A stretch of DNA of 27,906 nucleotides from Bdellovibrionota bacterium FG-1. GTDB lineage: Bacteria > Bdellovibrionota > UBA1018. The position numbers and the translations under genes are program-made. Under the pieces are notes generated by a model. That model was given only the letters and a program-made list of their open reading frames with translations. It did not search any database and was not told where the DNA came from. The stretch is taken from assembly GCA_051382295.1 (NCBI GenBank), contig JBBCAW010000128.1, positions 1-27,906 of the forward strand, given 5' to 3'. Positions 1 to 7,510 of the stretch are shown piece by piece; within the stretch, counting starts at the first letter, position 1, and each line of letters starts with the position of its first letter.

Positions 1-102
1 TGTAACTTATTAAATCTAAGCACTTTAATAGTACCCGACTCCCCCAAGTAGCGCGGATATGATTTACCAGGCAATCCCACCATATTTGCGCACCGCGTCT
101 TA

Positions 103-477
103 GTGACGGATATTTTGAGGCAATTCGCGGTGCTGATCACGACGGAAGCGGCGGAACTGGTGCGTGATTACGTGGATCATCACCGGACCGCCGGCTCCGA
201 CTTCCTGTTCAGCAATCGGTACGGTCAGCATCTGTCCCGGAATGGGATCGCCGAAGCCCTACATCGGCTCGCCAGTCACGCCAGTGTGAACCTGCCAGCC
301 GGGGATAAAATCGAACTCCGGCCCCATCTCCTGCGTCATCGGCATGCTTACAAGGCCCGTAGCGTTCACGGCGATGTTTTCGCGGCCAAAAGACTCGGGC
401 ACAGCTCTTTGCGACATCTGGAGCGGTACGCGGGCCTGAGTGAACAGGAAGAGCGGGATCTAATCGAGCGGATGTAA
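103..477 (+). pseudogene. Tyrosine recombinase/integrase, C-terminal catalytic fragment (5' truncated)
   Basis: Box II motif HLLRH...LGHSS...RY (H-x-x-R, H, catalytic Y) and an upstream FLFSNRYG patch. The frame is closed by TAG at 49-51, so the N-terminal domain and the first catalytic Arg/Lys are absent. Confidence 0.8.
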
Positions 478-554
478 ATTTTCGTAAGGGGGTCATGGTG
501 ACTTTCGGACGATTCAACCGATCCTAAACAGGATCGAAACCAAAAGGAAAAAAA

Positions 555-680
555 GTGAAGATTCAAAATGAAACACGTGAAAAGCCCCTATTTACGACTC
601 GTCAGCGGGAAGTATTGATTGCTCTGGCGGTCGGAGTAGCACTCGCGGCGTTCTTACGCCCAACACCAAGCTGGTACTGA
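555..680 (+). CDS. Small membrane peptide (41 aa; not in ORF track)
   Basis: Manual translation MKIQNETREKPLFTTRQREVLIALAVGVALAAFLRPTPSWY*. AAGGA at 544-548 precedes the GTG; one hydrophobic stretch. Confidence 0.5.
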   Translation: MKIQNETREKPLFTTRQREVLIALAVGVALAAFLRPTPSWY

Positions 681-762
681 GTAACATCAACTTTCGAGGT
701 CCAATAACGGACTGAGATCAACCGCGCCTGGGTATCTGGGTGCATTAACGAAGGAAATAACG

Positions 763-999
763 ATGGAACAAACCAACGAAAAGACAACGGGTCGGACCGA
801 AAAGAAGAAGAGTGGCGGAAAGTCATGGGCGGACCATGCCTTGGATGGCGGTTTAACGCTCCTCAGTGGGCTCCTGCTCGGTATCGGGTCAGCGGCCGGA
901 TCGCGTATCGTCAATAGCGCATTTGCTGAGCCAGCCACCGGCAAATCGGAAGCTGAAGGCCATACCGTCGTGCCACTCAGAAAAGTCGGCTCAGCCTGA
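763..999 (+). CDS. Hypothetical small protein with Gly-rich hydrophobic segment
   Basis: AAGGA upstream of ATG; segment GGLTLLSGLLLGIGSAAG; terminator directly downstream. Confidence 0.65.
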   Translation: MEQTNEKTTGRTEKKKSGGKSWADHALDGGLTLLSGLLLGIGSAAGSRIVNSAFAEPATGKSEAEGHTVVPLRKVGSA

Positions 1000-1007
1000 G
1001 TCGCCGG

Positions 1008-1033
1008 AAACCCCATGGATCGGGGTTTTTTTT
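1008..1033 (+). terminator. Rho-independent terminator
   Basis: AAACCCC-ATGGATC-GGGGTTT followed by a T run. Confidence 0.75.
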
Positions 1034-1250
1034 AGCTCAAAGATCCTCCCAGACCCATCGCACTCCGAATAGTTCGCGCCAGTTCGCCTGAGTCCACGGG
1101 TTTAGCAAGATGCACCTGGCATCTTGCAGCATATGCTAACTCCCAACTTTGGGCATCCGCGTAGGCGGTGTCAGTGCCAAGACCGGGATGCATCCACTCC
1201 TTTCATGACTGTGAGCTTTCAGACGAATGCTCCGAATCAGGCTGTAGTAT
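1032..1250 (-). pseudogene. Decayed response-regulator receiver domain (C-terminal half)
   Basis: Minus strand reads YSLIRSIRLK...IPVLALT, shifts frame near 1170, then AYADA...QVHLAKPVDSGELARTIRSAMG. This matches the receiver pattern GY.LIR.IR...IP..ALTAYA...HLAKPV. Confidence 0.65.
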
Positions 1251-1422
1251 CGCTCCAGTAAACGGCTATGGCCATCTGCAAAAAGGCAGAAAAGGAAGGA
1301 GCAAAGATCGGAACCCTGACAGTTGGGTTCCTTGTTGACAAAGTGGTTACCTGCGGCTTACTCCCTGTATTTATACAGTTATTTTTTTTACAATAAACGA
1401 CAAGATATGCCGATAGGATCTA

Positions 1423-1438
1423 TGGCGAAGTACTTGCA
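1423..1438 (+). promoter_or_regulatory. Putative sigma54 -24/-12 promoter
   Basis: TGGCGAAGTACTTGCA = TGGC-N7-TTGCA (GG-N10-GC), upstream of the ORF at 1525. Confidence 0.4.
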
Positions 1439-1524
1439 TTTATTGTGAAATGCGGAGGGTAAAAGGACCCTTGTGTTGTGCATTGTGTCATGCTAACCTC
1501 GTCACTGGGCAGGGATAAGAGAAA

Positions 1525-1716
1525 ATGTTTAAGCCAAGAAAAACTGAGCCCGTTAAAAATTTATCCCCAAAAAAATGGCGAGAAATGACTCGGCCCGTAC
1601 CTGTTGATGTATTTGAAAAGCGGCTTACTGAAACGCGAAACTTGGCGAATTTCTTCGAGGTTATTACACCTGAAGAAGCGGTCCTTCTTCTAAAGCAAAA
1701 ATTAGTAGCCCGCTAG
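1525..1716 (+). CDS. Small basic hypothetical protein (candidate antitoxin)
   Basis: 63-aa ORF with purine-rich leader; ends 9 nt before the GNAT gene, the usual antitoxin position. Confidence 0.65.
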   Translation: MFKPRKTEPVKNLSPKKWREMTRPVPVDVFEKRLTETRNLANFFEVITPEEAVLLLKQKLVAR

Positions 1717-1725
1717 AGTCGCGTC

Positions 1726-2358
1726 GTGGATAAAATTTCTTTCGCGGGTCTTAGCAAAGATATTCTGGATCTCATTAAGGAGAATAACCTTTTTTCGAGC
1801 GGCAACCGTGCTGTCGACGAATTTCTCTTTGATGATGCTATCCAAATGCAGGAGCAAAAATATGTCCAGACGACCGTGGCCCTGCGAGGCTCGGATGTAG
1901 TTGGCTACTACGGTCTTTCGACCGACGCGTTAGAGGTGCAGTCCAAAGAGAAGGACCGATTCAAGCGTCATCATCGGTGGTTTCCGGCAATCAAACTTCA
2001 GTGGCTCGGAATCAATAGTGTTAATCAAAGTGTCGGGCACGGCAAAATCTTGATGAGAAGGATCGCGGGTCATATTGTCGAAATGAACTCCTACACTAAA
2101 TGTGATTGGGCTGCTGGCTGTAGGTTTATTACGCTGGATGCACAGTTTGACCATGCAAAGAGTAAAGATAAAAAGCTAAATCCCGTCGGTTTCTATGAGA
2201 AAATCGGCTTCCAGTTTTGCGATAAAATGAGCTACAAAGAACGCTTTTTACGTTACAAAAACGGCGCTAATAATGGCAGAGGAAAGGGAACTGTCAGCAT
2301 GTATTACGACGTATTCGATGATAGCGGGGCACTTTTTGAAGGTTTTACACGTGGATAA
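1726..2358 (+). CDS. GNAT-family N-acetyltransferase, toxin-like (AtaT/TacT-related) subgroup
   Basis: FSSGN..VDEFL, VVGYYGLS, PAIKLQWLGI, acetyl-CoA loop QSVGHG (Q-x-x-G-x-G), RFITLDA and GFYEKIGF. Confidence 0.85.
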   Translation: MDKISFAGLSKDILDLIKENNLFSSGNRAVDEFLFDDAIQMQEQKYVQTTVALRGSDVVGYYGLSTDALEVQSKEKDRFKRHHRWFPAIKLQWLGINSVNQSVGHGKILMRRIAGHIVEMNSYTKCDWAAGCRFITLDAQFDHAKSKDKKLNPVGFYEKIGFQFCDKMSYKERFLRYKNGANNGRGKGTVSMYYDVFDDSGALFEGFTRG

Positions 2359-2692
2359 CAGCCAAATTTGTAACTTAATCAGCCAAGTGACTAAAGGTTG
2401 GACACCCTTGCGCGTGGAACTCCTGGAACCAGCCGGAAGTTCATTTACCCTGCGGATTGTATCGGATCACTTTATCGGAGTGCCAATGCTGAAGCGGTTT
2501 GATGAGGTCACGGGACTTCTTCACACCCAACTTCCTGAACTGGTTAAGGCGCACCTTTTCGACCTTGAAACTTGGACTGCCGCCGAGTTTACCGACCTCG
2601 AAAAGCAGGGCAAAACATCCACAGCCCTCTCTCCCTCTGGACACGGTTCAATGGCCGCACACGGCCCCGCAACCAACGACGCAGGTCTCTAA
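2351..2692 (+). CDS. Divergent BolA/IbaG-like protein (113 aa)
   Basis: GTG overlaps the GNAT 3' end (GTGGATAA). FTLRIVSDHFIGVPMLKRFDEV and TWTAAEF resemble BolA F.V.IVS..F.G...V.RHR.V and T.TPEEW. Confidence 0.55.
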   Translation: MDNSQICNLISQVTKGWTPLRVELLEPAGSSFTLRIVSDHFIGVPMLKRFDEVTGLLHTQLPELVKAHLFDLETWTAAEFTDLEKQGKTSTALSPSGHGSMAAHGPATNDAGL

Positions 2693-2738
2693 TTTACGAT
2701 CACCACCGGACGGATCACGTAAAAGCACCACCCCAAAA

Positions 2739-2800
2739 TTTGGGAAACTTTTGGGAAACTAATGTCCAAAAACGACCATTAATGACCATGAACAACCAGG
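2739..2800 (+). repeat. Tandem repeats, probable integrase arm-type sites
   Basis: TTTGGGAAACT twice (2739-2760), then three imperfect 10-mers AACGACCATT/AATGACCATG/AACAACCAGG (2771-2800), 90-150 bp from the att core. Confidence 0.55.
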
Positions 2801-2886
2801 GGGTGCGAGCCGTGCGATCTCTTTGTTATTATTTGCTATTGTTTGATTTTATGGTATTTTTTGTTTTTCTTGAAATACTCCGGTTA

Positions 2887-2945
2887 ACGACTCAAAATCG
2901 TGTATCCTTACGGGTGTGAGAGTTCGATTCTCTCCGGAGCCACCA
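2887..2945 (+). tRNA. tRNA-Leu(CAA) 3' fragment (att site, not an intact tRNA)
   Basis: Anticodon arm ACGA-CTCAAAA-TCGT, long variable arm, T arm GAGAG-TTCGATT-CTCTC, acceptor strand CGGAGCC-A-CCA. No D arm or 5' acceptor strand upstream. Confidence 0.85.
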
Positions 2946-2971
2946 CTAAAAAGGTATCAGGTTACTTTTTG

Positions 2972-3682
2972 ATGCTCGCCGCATTAATCCTTCTCCCCTG
3001 GACCCTCTCCAATACCTTCGCCGCTGACGTGCATCTCGCGGTCGCAGCTAACTTCATGGCTCCGATGGAAAATTTTTCGACGCGATTTTCTGAAAAAACA
3101 GGTCACAAACTGATCATTAGTTATGGAGCCACGGGTAAGCTTTACTCCCAAATCATGAACGGCGCACCCTTTGACGTTTTTCTTTCCGCTGACCAAGAAG
3201 CTCCAAAAAAACTCATCCAAGAAAACCAAGCCGTCAACGGAACTCAGTTCACTTATACGACCGGCCGTCTCGCTCTTTGGAGTGCAGACCCAAAAAGAGT
3301 GGACTCAAGGGGCGAGGTCCTCGCAAAAGCCGAATTCAAACATCTTGCCATCGCAAATCCGAAGCTCGCCCCCTATGGCGTAGCGGCCCAGCAAACGCTA
3401 GAAAAACTAGGACTATGGCACAAATTCCAACCTCGCTTAGTTCTAGGAGAGAGCATTACGCAAGCCTACCAATTTATCGCCACCGGCAATGCCGAGTTAG
3501 GGTTTGTGGCCCTCTCGCAGATCAAACAAGAAGGCAAAAAGCCTGAGGGTTCGTTTTGGTTGGTTCCGCAGACGATGTATTCGCCTCTGAGACAGGACGC
3601 AGTTTTATTAGAGAAGGGCAAAAACAACGTTGCCGCCAAGCAGTTTCTCGAATTTTTGAGGCCTAGCAATGCCACACCTTAA
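2972..3682 (+). CDS. modA: Molybdate ABC transporter substrate-binding protein
   Basis: Hydrophobic leader, [28 protein letters not shown] and [10 protein letters not shown]. Start placed at ATG 2972 because the longer ORF start lies within the tRNA fragment. Confidence 0.93.
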   Translation: MLAALILLPWTLSNTFAADVHLAVAANFMAPMENFSTRFSEKTGHKLIISYGATGKLYSQIMNGAPFDVFLSADQEAPKKLIQENQAVNGTQFTYTTGRLALWSADPKRVDSRGEVLAKAEFKHLAIANPKLAPYGVAAQQTLEKLGLWHKFQPRLVLGESITQAYQFIATGNAELGFVALSQIKQEGKKPEGSFWLVPQTMYSPLRQDAVLLEKGKNNVAAKQFLEFLRPSNATP

Positions 3683-4343
3683 CTTGACCCCAGTCTGGCT
3701 CACCCTCGCCCTGGCACTGATCACGACCCTGCTTCTTTTGCTCATCAGCACCCCAATTGCGTGGTGGCTAGCACGAACGAGGTCTCCTCTTCGCGCGCCC
3801 ATTGGGGCCCTTATTTCATTGCCGCTTGTCTTGCCACCCACCGTTCTGGGCTTTTATCTCTTAGTGCTCATGGGGCCCTCAGGCCCCATAGGCCTTCTCA
3901 CTGAATCTCTGGGCTTAGGATCACTCCCCTTCACCTTTACCGGTTTAGTTGTGGGCTCAGTCCTTTATTCATTGCCCTTTGTGGTCCAACCTATTCAAAA
4001 TGCTTTTGAGGCAATCGGGCCTCGCCCCCTGGAAATTGCGGCCACGCTCAGAGCCGGGCCGTGGGATCGCTTCTTTACGGTGGCACTGCCGATGGCAAGG
4101 TCGGGTTTTTTTACGGCTACGGTGCTTGGATTTGCTCATACGGTGGGCGAGTTTGGCGTGGTGCTCATGATTGGCGGCAACATCCCAGGACGCACCCAAG
4201 TCCTATCGATTACGATCTATGACCACGTGGAGGCGCTTGAGTACACCCAAGCTCACTGGCTTGCAGGCGGAATGCTCCTATTTTCTTTCATCACTCTGCT
4301 CATCATGAATTTGCGCCGTCAGCCACTGAGGCTCATCACATGA
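3669..4343 (+). CDS. modB: Molybdate ABC transporter permease
   Basis: [15 protein letters not shown] and [20 protein letters not shown]; overlaps modA and modC. Confidence 0.95.
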   Translation: MPHLNLTPVWLTLALALITTLLLLLISTPIAWWLARTRSPLRAPIGALISLPLVLPPTVLGFYLLVLMGPSGPIGLLTESLGLGSLPFTFTGLVVGSVLYSLPFVVQPIQNAFEAIGPRPLEIAATLRAGPWDRFFTVALPMARSGFFTATVLGFAHTVGEFGVVLMIGGNIPGRTQVLSITIYDHVEALEYTQAHWLAGGMLLFSFITLLIMNLRRQPLRLIT

Positions 4344-5026
4344 CCACACATAGCATCAGCATTAGCGCTTCGGTCCGGGCAAAGGTCGGAGACTTCAGTC
4401 TGGATATGACCTTTGAAACGCCAGGAACCGGCGTTACCGCGATCGTTGGGCGCTCAGGCTCGGGAAAAACAACCCTCCTTCGCTGGATGGCTGGGTTGGG
4501 CCGAAAATATGTGGGCGATCTTTCGGTTAACAAGGAGGTCTGGGAGGATTCGAAACGCCGGATTTTCGTGCCGCCCCATCAGCGCGCAGTCGGCTTGGTT
4601 TTTCAGGATGCCGGTCTGTTTCCACACCTGAGCGTCCAGGGCAATCTTCGCTACGGCTTCAGTCGAGTTCCTCAACAAGAAAGGCAGCCCGATTTCGATC
4701 AGATCGTTGATCTTTTGGGACTCAGAGTGTTTCTGGATCGCATGCCTTTTCAACTCTCGGGGGGCGAAAAACAGCGCGTCGCGATCGCTCGAAGCCTATT
4801 GGCCAGCCCCAAGTTACTTCTGCTCGATGAACCACTCACAGGCCTGGATACCACCAGCAAAGATGAAGTTTTAGACTATCTCAATCGTGTTAAAACCGAA
4901 TCTAAAATTCCTGTCATTTATGTGAGCCACTCCATGGACGAGGTGCGGCGTCTTTCGGACCATCTGATTCAAATTGAAAACGGAAAAATTTCGATCAGTC
5001 CGACCAAAGTGTCCGGAGCGAACTAG
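4340..5026 (+). CDS. modC: Molybdate ABC transporter ATPase (short form, no TOBE domain)
   Basis: Walker [32 protein letters not shown] overlap with modB. Confidence 0.92.
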   Translation: MTTHSISISASVRAKVGDFSLDMTFETPGTGVTAIVGRSGSGKTTLLRWMAGLGRKYVGDLSVNKEVWEDSKRRIFVPPHQRAVGLVFQDAGLFPHLSVQGNLRYGFSRVPQQERQPDFDQIVDLLGLRVFLDRMPFQLSGGEKQRVAIARSLLASPKLLLLDEPLTGLDTTSKDEVLDYLNRVKTESKIPVIYVSHSMDEVRRLSDHLIQIENGKISISPTKVSGAN

Positions 5027-5102
5027 CCGTCTCCTTACTCTGGTCCGAACCCTGCAACGATCCTCATTGCGAATAAACACTAAATTTTGGAGGAATTCCT
5101 TT

Positions 5103-5645
5103 ATGGCAATACGCAATATGTTACCCAGTGCTTGGCGCGGTGAACGCAGTGTTTGGAATCCGATGCGTGAAATGAACCGACTTCAACGAAGAATGGACCG
5201 CATGTTCCAAGAATTCTTACCCGAATCCTTCTCGTCCATGACTAGCCCGGCCGGCGACCTCCTATCAGCCGATGAAAACATCGAATTCACTCCGGCTTGC
5301 GATATCGCAGAAACCAAGAGCCATTATCTCGTGACGTTCGATTTACCCGGCATGAAGAAAAGTGATGTCAAAATCGACCTTCAGGACAATCAACTGACGG
5401 TATCTGGCGAGCGCAAGCACGAAACACATGAAGAAGAACAAGGCCGAGTAAGTCGCGAACGTTATTACGGCGCATTTTGCCGTGCATTTACGCTTCCTTC
5501 AAAAGTGAATGCCGACAAGGTCGAGGCCAACTACGAAAATGGTGTCCTACAAATTGCCATTCCAAAAACAGAAGTTTCAGTCGGCAAACAAATTCCGATC
5601 AAAGAAGGAAAACTCTTAGAATCCAAGGCCACGAAAGCGGCCTAA
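5103..5645 (+). CDS. Hsp20/alpha-crystallin small heat shock protein
   Basis: GGAGG before ATG 5103; DLPGMKK, LTVSGER, ERYYGAF.RAFTLP and ANYENGVLQIAIPK. Confidence 0.95.
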   Translation: MAIRNMLPSAWRGERSVWNPMREMNRLQRRMDRMFQEFLPESFSSMTSPAGDLLSADENIEFTPACDIAETKSHYLVTFDLPGMKKSDVKIDLQDNQLTVSGERKHETHEEEQGRVSRERYYGAFCRAFTLPSKVNADKVEANYENGVLQIAIPKTEVSVGKQIPIKEGKLLESKATKAA

Positions 5646-5678
5646 TCCCAGATTTTAAGATCACGAGAAAAGTTGTTT

Positions 5679-5710
5679 GACGGGTGAGGGAGGCGCACTC
5701 CCCGCCCGTC
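5679..5710. terminator. GC-rich hairpin between convergent hsp20 and GST genes
   Basis: GACGGGTGAGGGAG-GCGCA-CTCCCCGCCCGTC imperfect inverted repeat. Confidence 0.6.
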
Positions 5711-5727
5711 CTCCTATCCAAGACGAC

Positions 5728-6354
5728 TCAACTCAGTCCCTCTTCTTTTAGAACTTTTGTGACCGCCGGGCGAGCGGCAATGCGACCCATATAGCTCTGA
5801 ATATTGGGATAGGGAGTCGTCGGAATTTCAAGCCACTGGGTCCAACCCACGACCACAAACGCATAAGCGTCCGCTGCGGTAAAAGTCTTGCCCATCAAAT
5901 AATCTTTTCCGGCGAGTTTCGCATCCAAGTATCGCAAACACTCATTTGACCTTTCGACCATGTAATTGCGAACAGTCGCCTGAATGGTTTTGTCATCCGA
6001 AATTCGAGACACTGAAAACAATCCACCAATGCTTTTATGCAAGTCGGAGCAAACAAAAGAAAGCCAATTCAAAGCTTCAGCTCGCTCAAAAGTTCCAGAT
6101 GACGGCAAAAGATTCTTACTGGGCGCAAGATCGGCGACATAGGCATGAATGGCAAAATTTTGATCCAGCTGTCTACCCTCATCCGTAATCAAAACAGGCA
6201 AGGTTCCGAGAGGATTGAGCTTAGCCACGACCGCAATATTAGGATCGGACGCATTATCCCAATCGACTTCAATCGCTTCATATTTGAGACCCGATTCTTC
6301 AAGTGTAATGTGACAGGAAGTCGAACAAGACCCTGCGGAGTAATAGAGTTTCAT
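5728..6354 (-). CDS. Glutathione S-transferase (beta class-like)
   Basis: MKLYYSAGSCS, LNPLGTLPVL, FTAADAYAFVV and RIAARPAV. Confidence 0.93.
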   Translation of the reverse strand: MKLYYSAGSCSTSCHITLEESGLKYEAIEVDWDNASDPNIAVVAKLNPLGTLPVLITDEGRQLDQNFAIHAYVADLAPSKNLLPSSGTFERAEALNWLSFVCSDLHKSIGGLFSVSRISDDKTIQATVRNYMVERSNECLRYLDAKLAGKDYLMGKTFTAADAYAFVVVGWTQWLEIPTTPYPNIQSYMGRIAARPAVTKVLKEEGLS

Positions 6355-6363
6355 CCCCCCTGA

Positions 6364-6627
6364 TTATACACAGTACGCAAACCTGTCAACCGCATCCGGA
6401 GTTACCCCGCGGGAATAAAATCGTATGGGACGAAGATGAATAGCATAAACTTCCAAACGATCCAAAAGACCATGATGAATCATCATCTGCAATAGAACCG
6501 TCTGAAGGAACAGCGGTAGATGTTCAAAGTCATCAAATAGATTCTCAAAATTAGTTTTAAGCCCAGTGAGCTGTGCCTCTAAGAAATTTAGATTTTCCAT
6601 ATTGAACCGATCATTAGCAAGCGTCAT
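6364..6627 (-). CDS. Hypothetical protein (87 aa)
   Basis: ATG preceded by a G tract; ends 9 nt before the GST start; no recognisable motif. Confidence 0.4.
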   Translation of the reverse strand: MTLANDRFNMENLNFLEAQLTGLKTNFENLFDDFEHLPLFLQTVLLQMMIHHGLLDRLEVYAIHLRPIRFYSRGVTPDAVDRFAYCV

Positions 6628-6733
6628 GCCCCCCCCGAGCAGTCCCCATCCGTCGTCCCGTCCCGTGCCGTCGATTCCCTCAGTCCAACGGGGTATCATA
6701 CCCGGCACCGCTCGAAAAAATGCCCCACAGAAT

Positions 6734-6922
6734 TTAATTTAAAACGGCCTCTGCCTCCAACGCTAAGGGAAAGGGAACAAGACTATATTGAGAAGATGGT
6801 TGGAATTGATCATCCATCGGTCGAACCGCCGACTCATCCATTTGAAAGCCAAATATGGCCAAGATACAACCCAAAATAACATAAGGATAAATAGAGAACG
6901 CTAGCCGACTCGGGTAACTCAT
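6734..6922 (-). CDS. Hypothetical small membrane protein (62 aa)
   Basis: GGAAGGGA before ATG; hydrophobic segment IYPYVILGCILAIFGF. Confidence 0.45.
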   Translation of the reverse strand: MSYPSRLAFSIYPYVILGCILAIFGFQMDESAVRPMDDQFQPSSQYSLVPFPLALEAEAVLN

Positions 6923-7161
6923 GCAGATTCCCTTCCGAAACAAACACCTGGGGTTCCTCATGAACTCAGGTTTGAGCGGAGCAGCATCAGCAACAATTAT
7001 GCCATTCGTTCTGCGTTCACCTGAGAATTGAATTTTTCAAAAATCAGCTGGTGATGGCAAAGGGGCGCTTTTTTAGATATTTCGGTAAATATGCCCCCAA
7101 AAATATCCGCGATCAAACTCTGGTTTCCGTTAAACAGTTGTATTCGCACGTCATTGCTGAT

Positions 7162-7177
7162 TGGCGCGCAAGTTGCT
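7162..7177 (+). promoter_or_regulatory. Putative sigma54 -24/-12 promoter
   Basis: TGGCGCGCAAGTTGCT, close to consensus TGGCACG-N4-TTGC. Confidence 0.6.
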
Positions 7178-7218
7178 CTGCTCTCCCCCTGAAAGAAACA
7201 ATAAGGCAAGGAGGCCAA

Positions 7219-7452
7219 GTGGAAAATCAATTACATGATCTGTTGAATACTTCGGAAAGTGACTTAGAAAGTTTTGAATATATGGAGATTGGAATAATTC
7301 ATCGAGACGCTCTGAGCGCGGAGAGCCATCGAGAAATTCCTAGGTCCTATGGCCTCCTCAGGCTCATGCCACTCGGTAAGCCTGAACCTATGCCGGTTTT
7401 TAAAAAGGCATGCGTGAAGCGAAATTACTCAAATAGTCAGCTTATTTGTTAA
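7219..7452 (+). CDS. Hypothetical protein (77 aa)
   Basis: Strong AAGGAGG before GTG 7219, downstream of the sigma54 motif; preferred over the longer 7051 start. Confidence 0.55.
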   Translation: MENQLHDLLNTSESDLESFEYMEIGIIHRDALSAESHREIPRSYGLLRLMPLGKPEPMPVFKKACVKRNYSNSQLIC

Positions 7453-7510
7453 AAAAACGCGCCACACTCAGCTCATTTCGTTGTAGATTCACCCAACGAG
7501 GAGTCTGATT

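Larger units (their letters stand above)
1..2945. mobile_element. Right end of a genomic island integrated at tRNA-Leu(CAA)
   Basis: Integrase remnant, orphan cargo, AT-rich spacers, tandem arm-like repeats and a 3'-half tRNA copy as boundary. The left end lies outside the window. Confidence 0.75.

Noticed and set aside
1561..2358. DnaA-box-like 9-mers (TTATCCCCA at 1561; CGTGGATAA at 1725 and 2350)
   Set aside because: Each has a mismatch; they are widely spaced and overlap coding starts, so not an origin-like cluster.
2692..2740. IYDHHRTDH as a remnant integrase C-terminus next to att
   Set aside because: Too short to distinguish from chance; no upstream LGH motif in frame.
2739..2800. 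CRISPR array or iterons
   Set aside because: The repeats are 10-11 bp, directly tandem, without spacers, and there is no cas or rep gene.
2860..2945. Intact tRNA-Leu gene
   Set aside because: There is no D arm and no properly spaced 5' acceptor strand; only the 3' part is present.
2900..2971. Extended ModA N-terminus in the ORF track
   Set aside because: It is translated tRNA-fragment sequence; ATG 2972 is the plausible start.
4974..5102. Long N-terminal extension of Hsp20
   Set aside because: It overlaps modC, and a strong GGAGG precedes ATG 5103.
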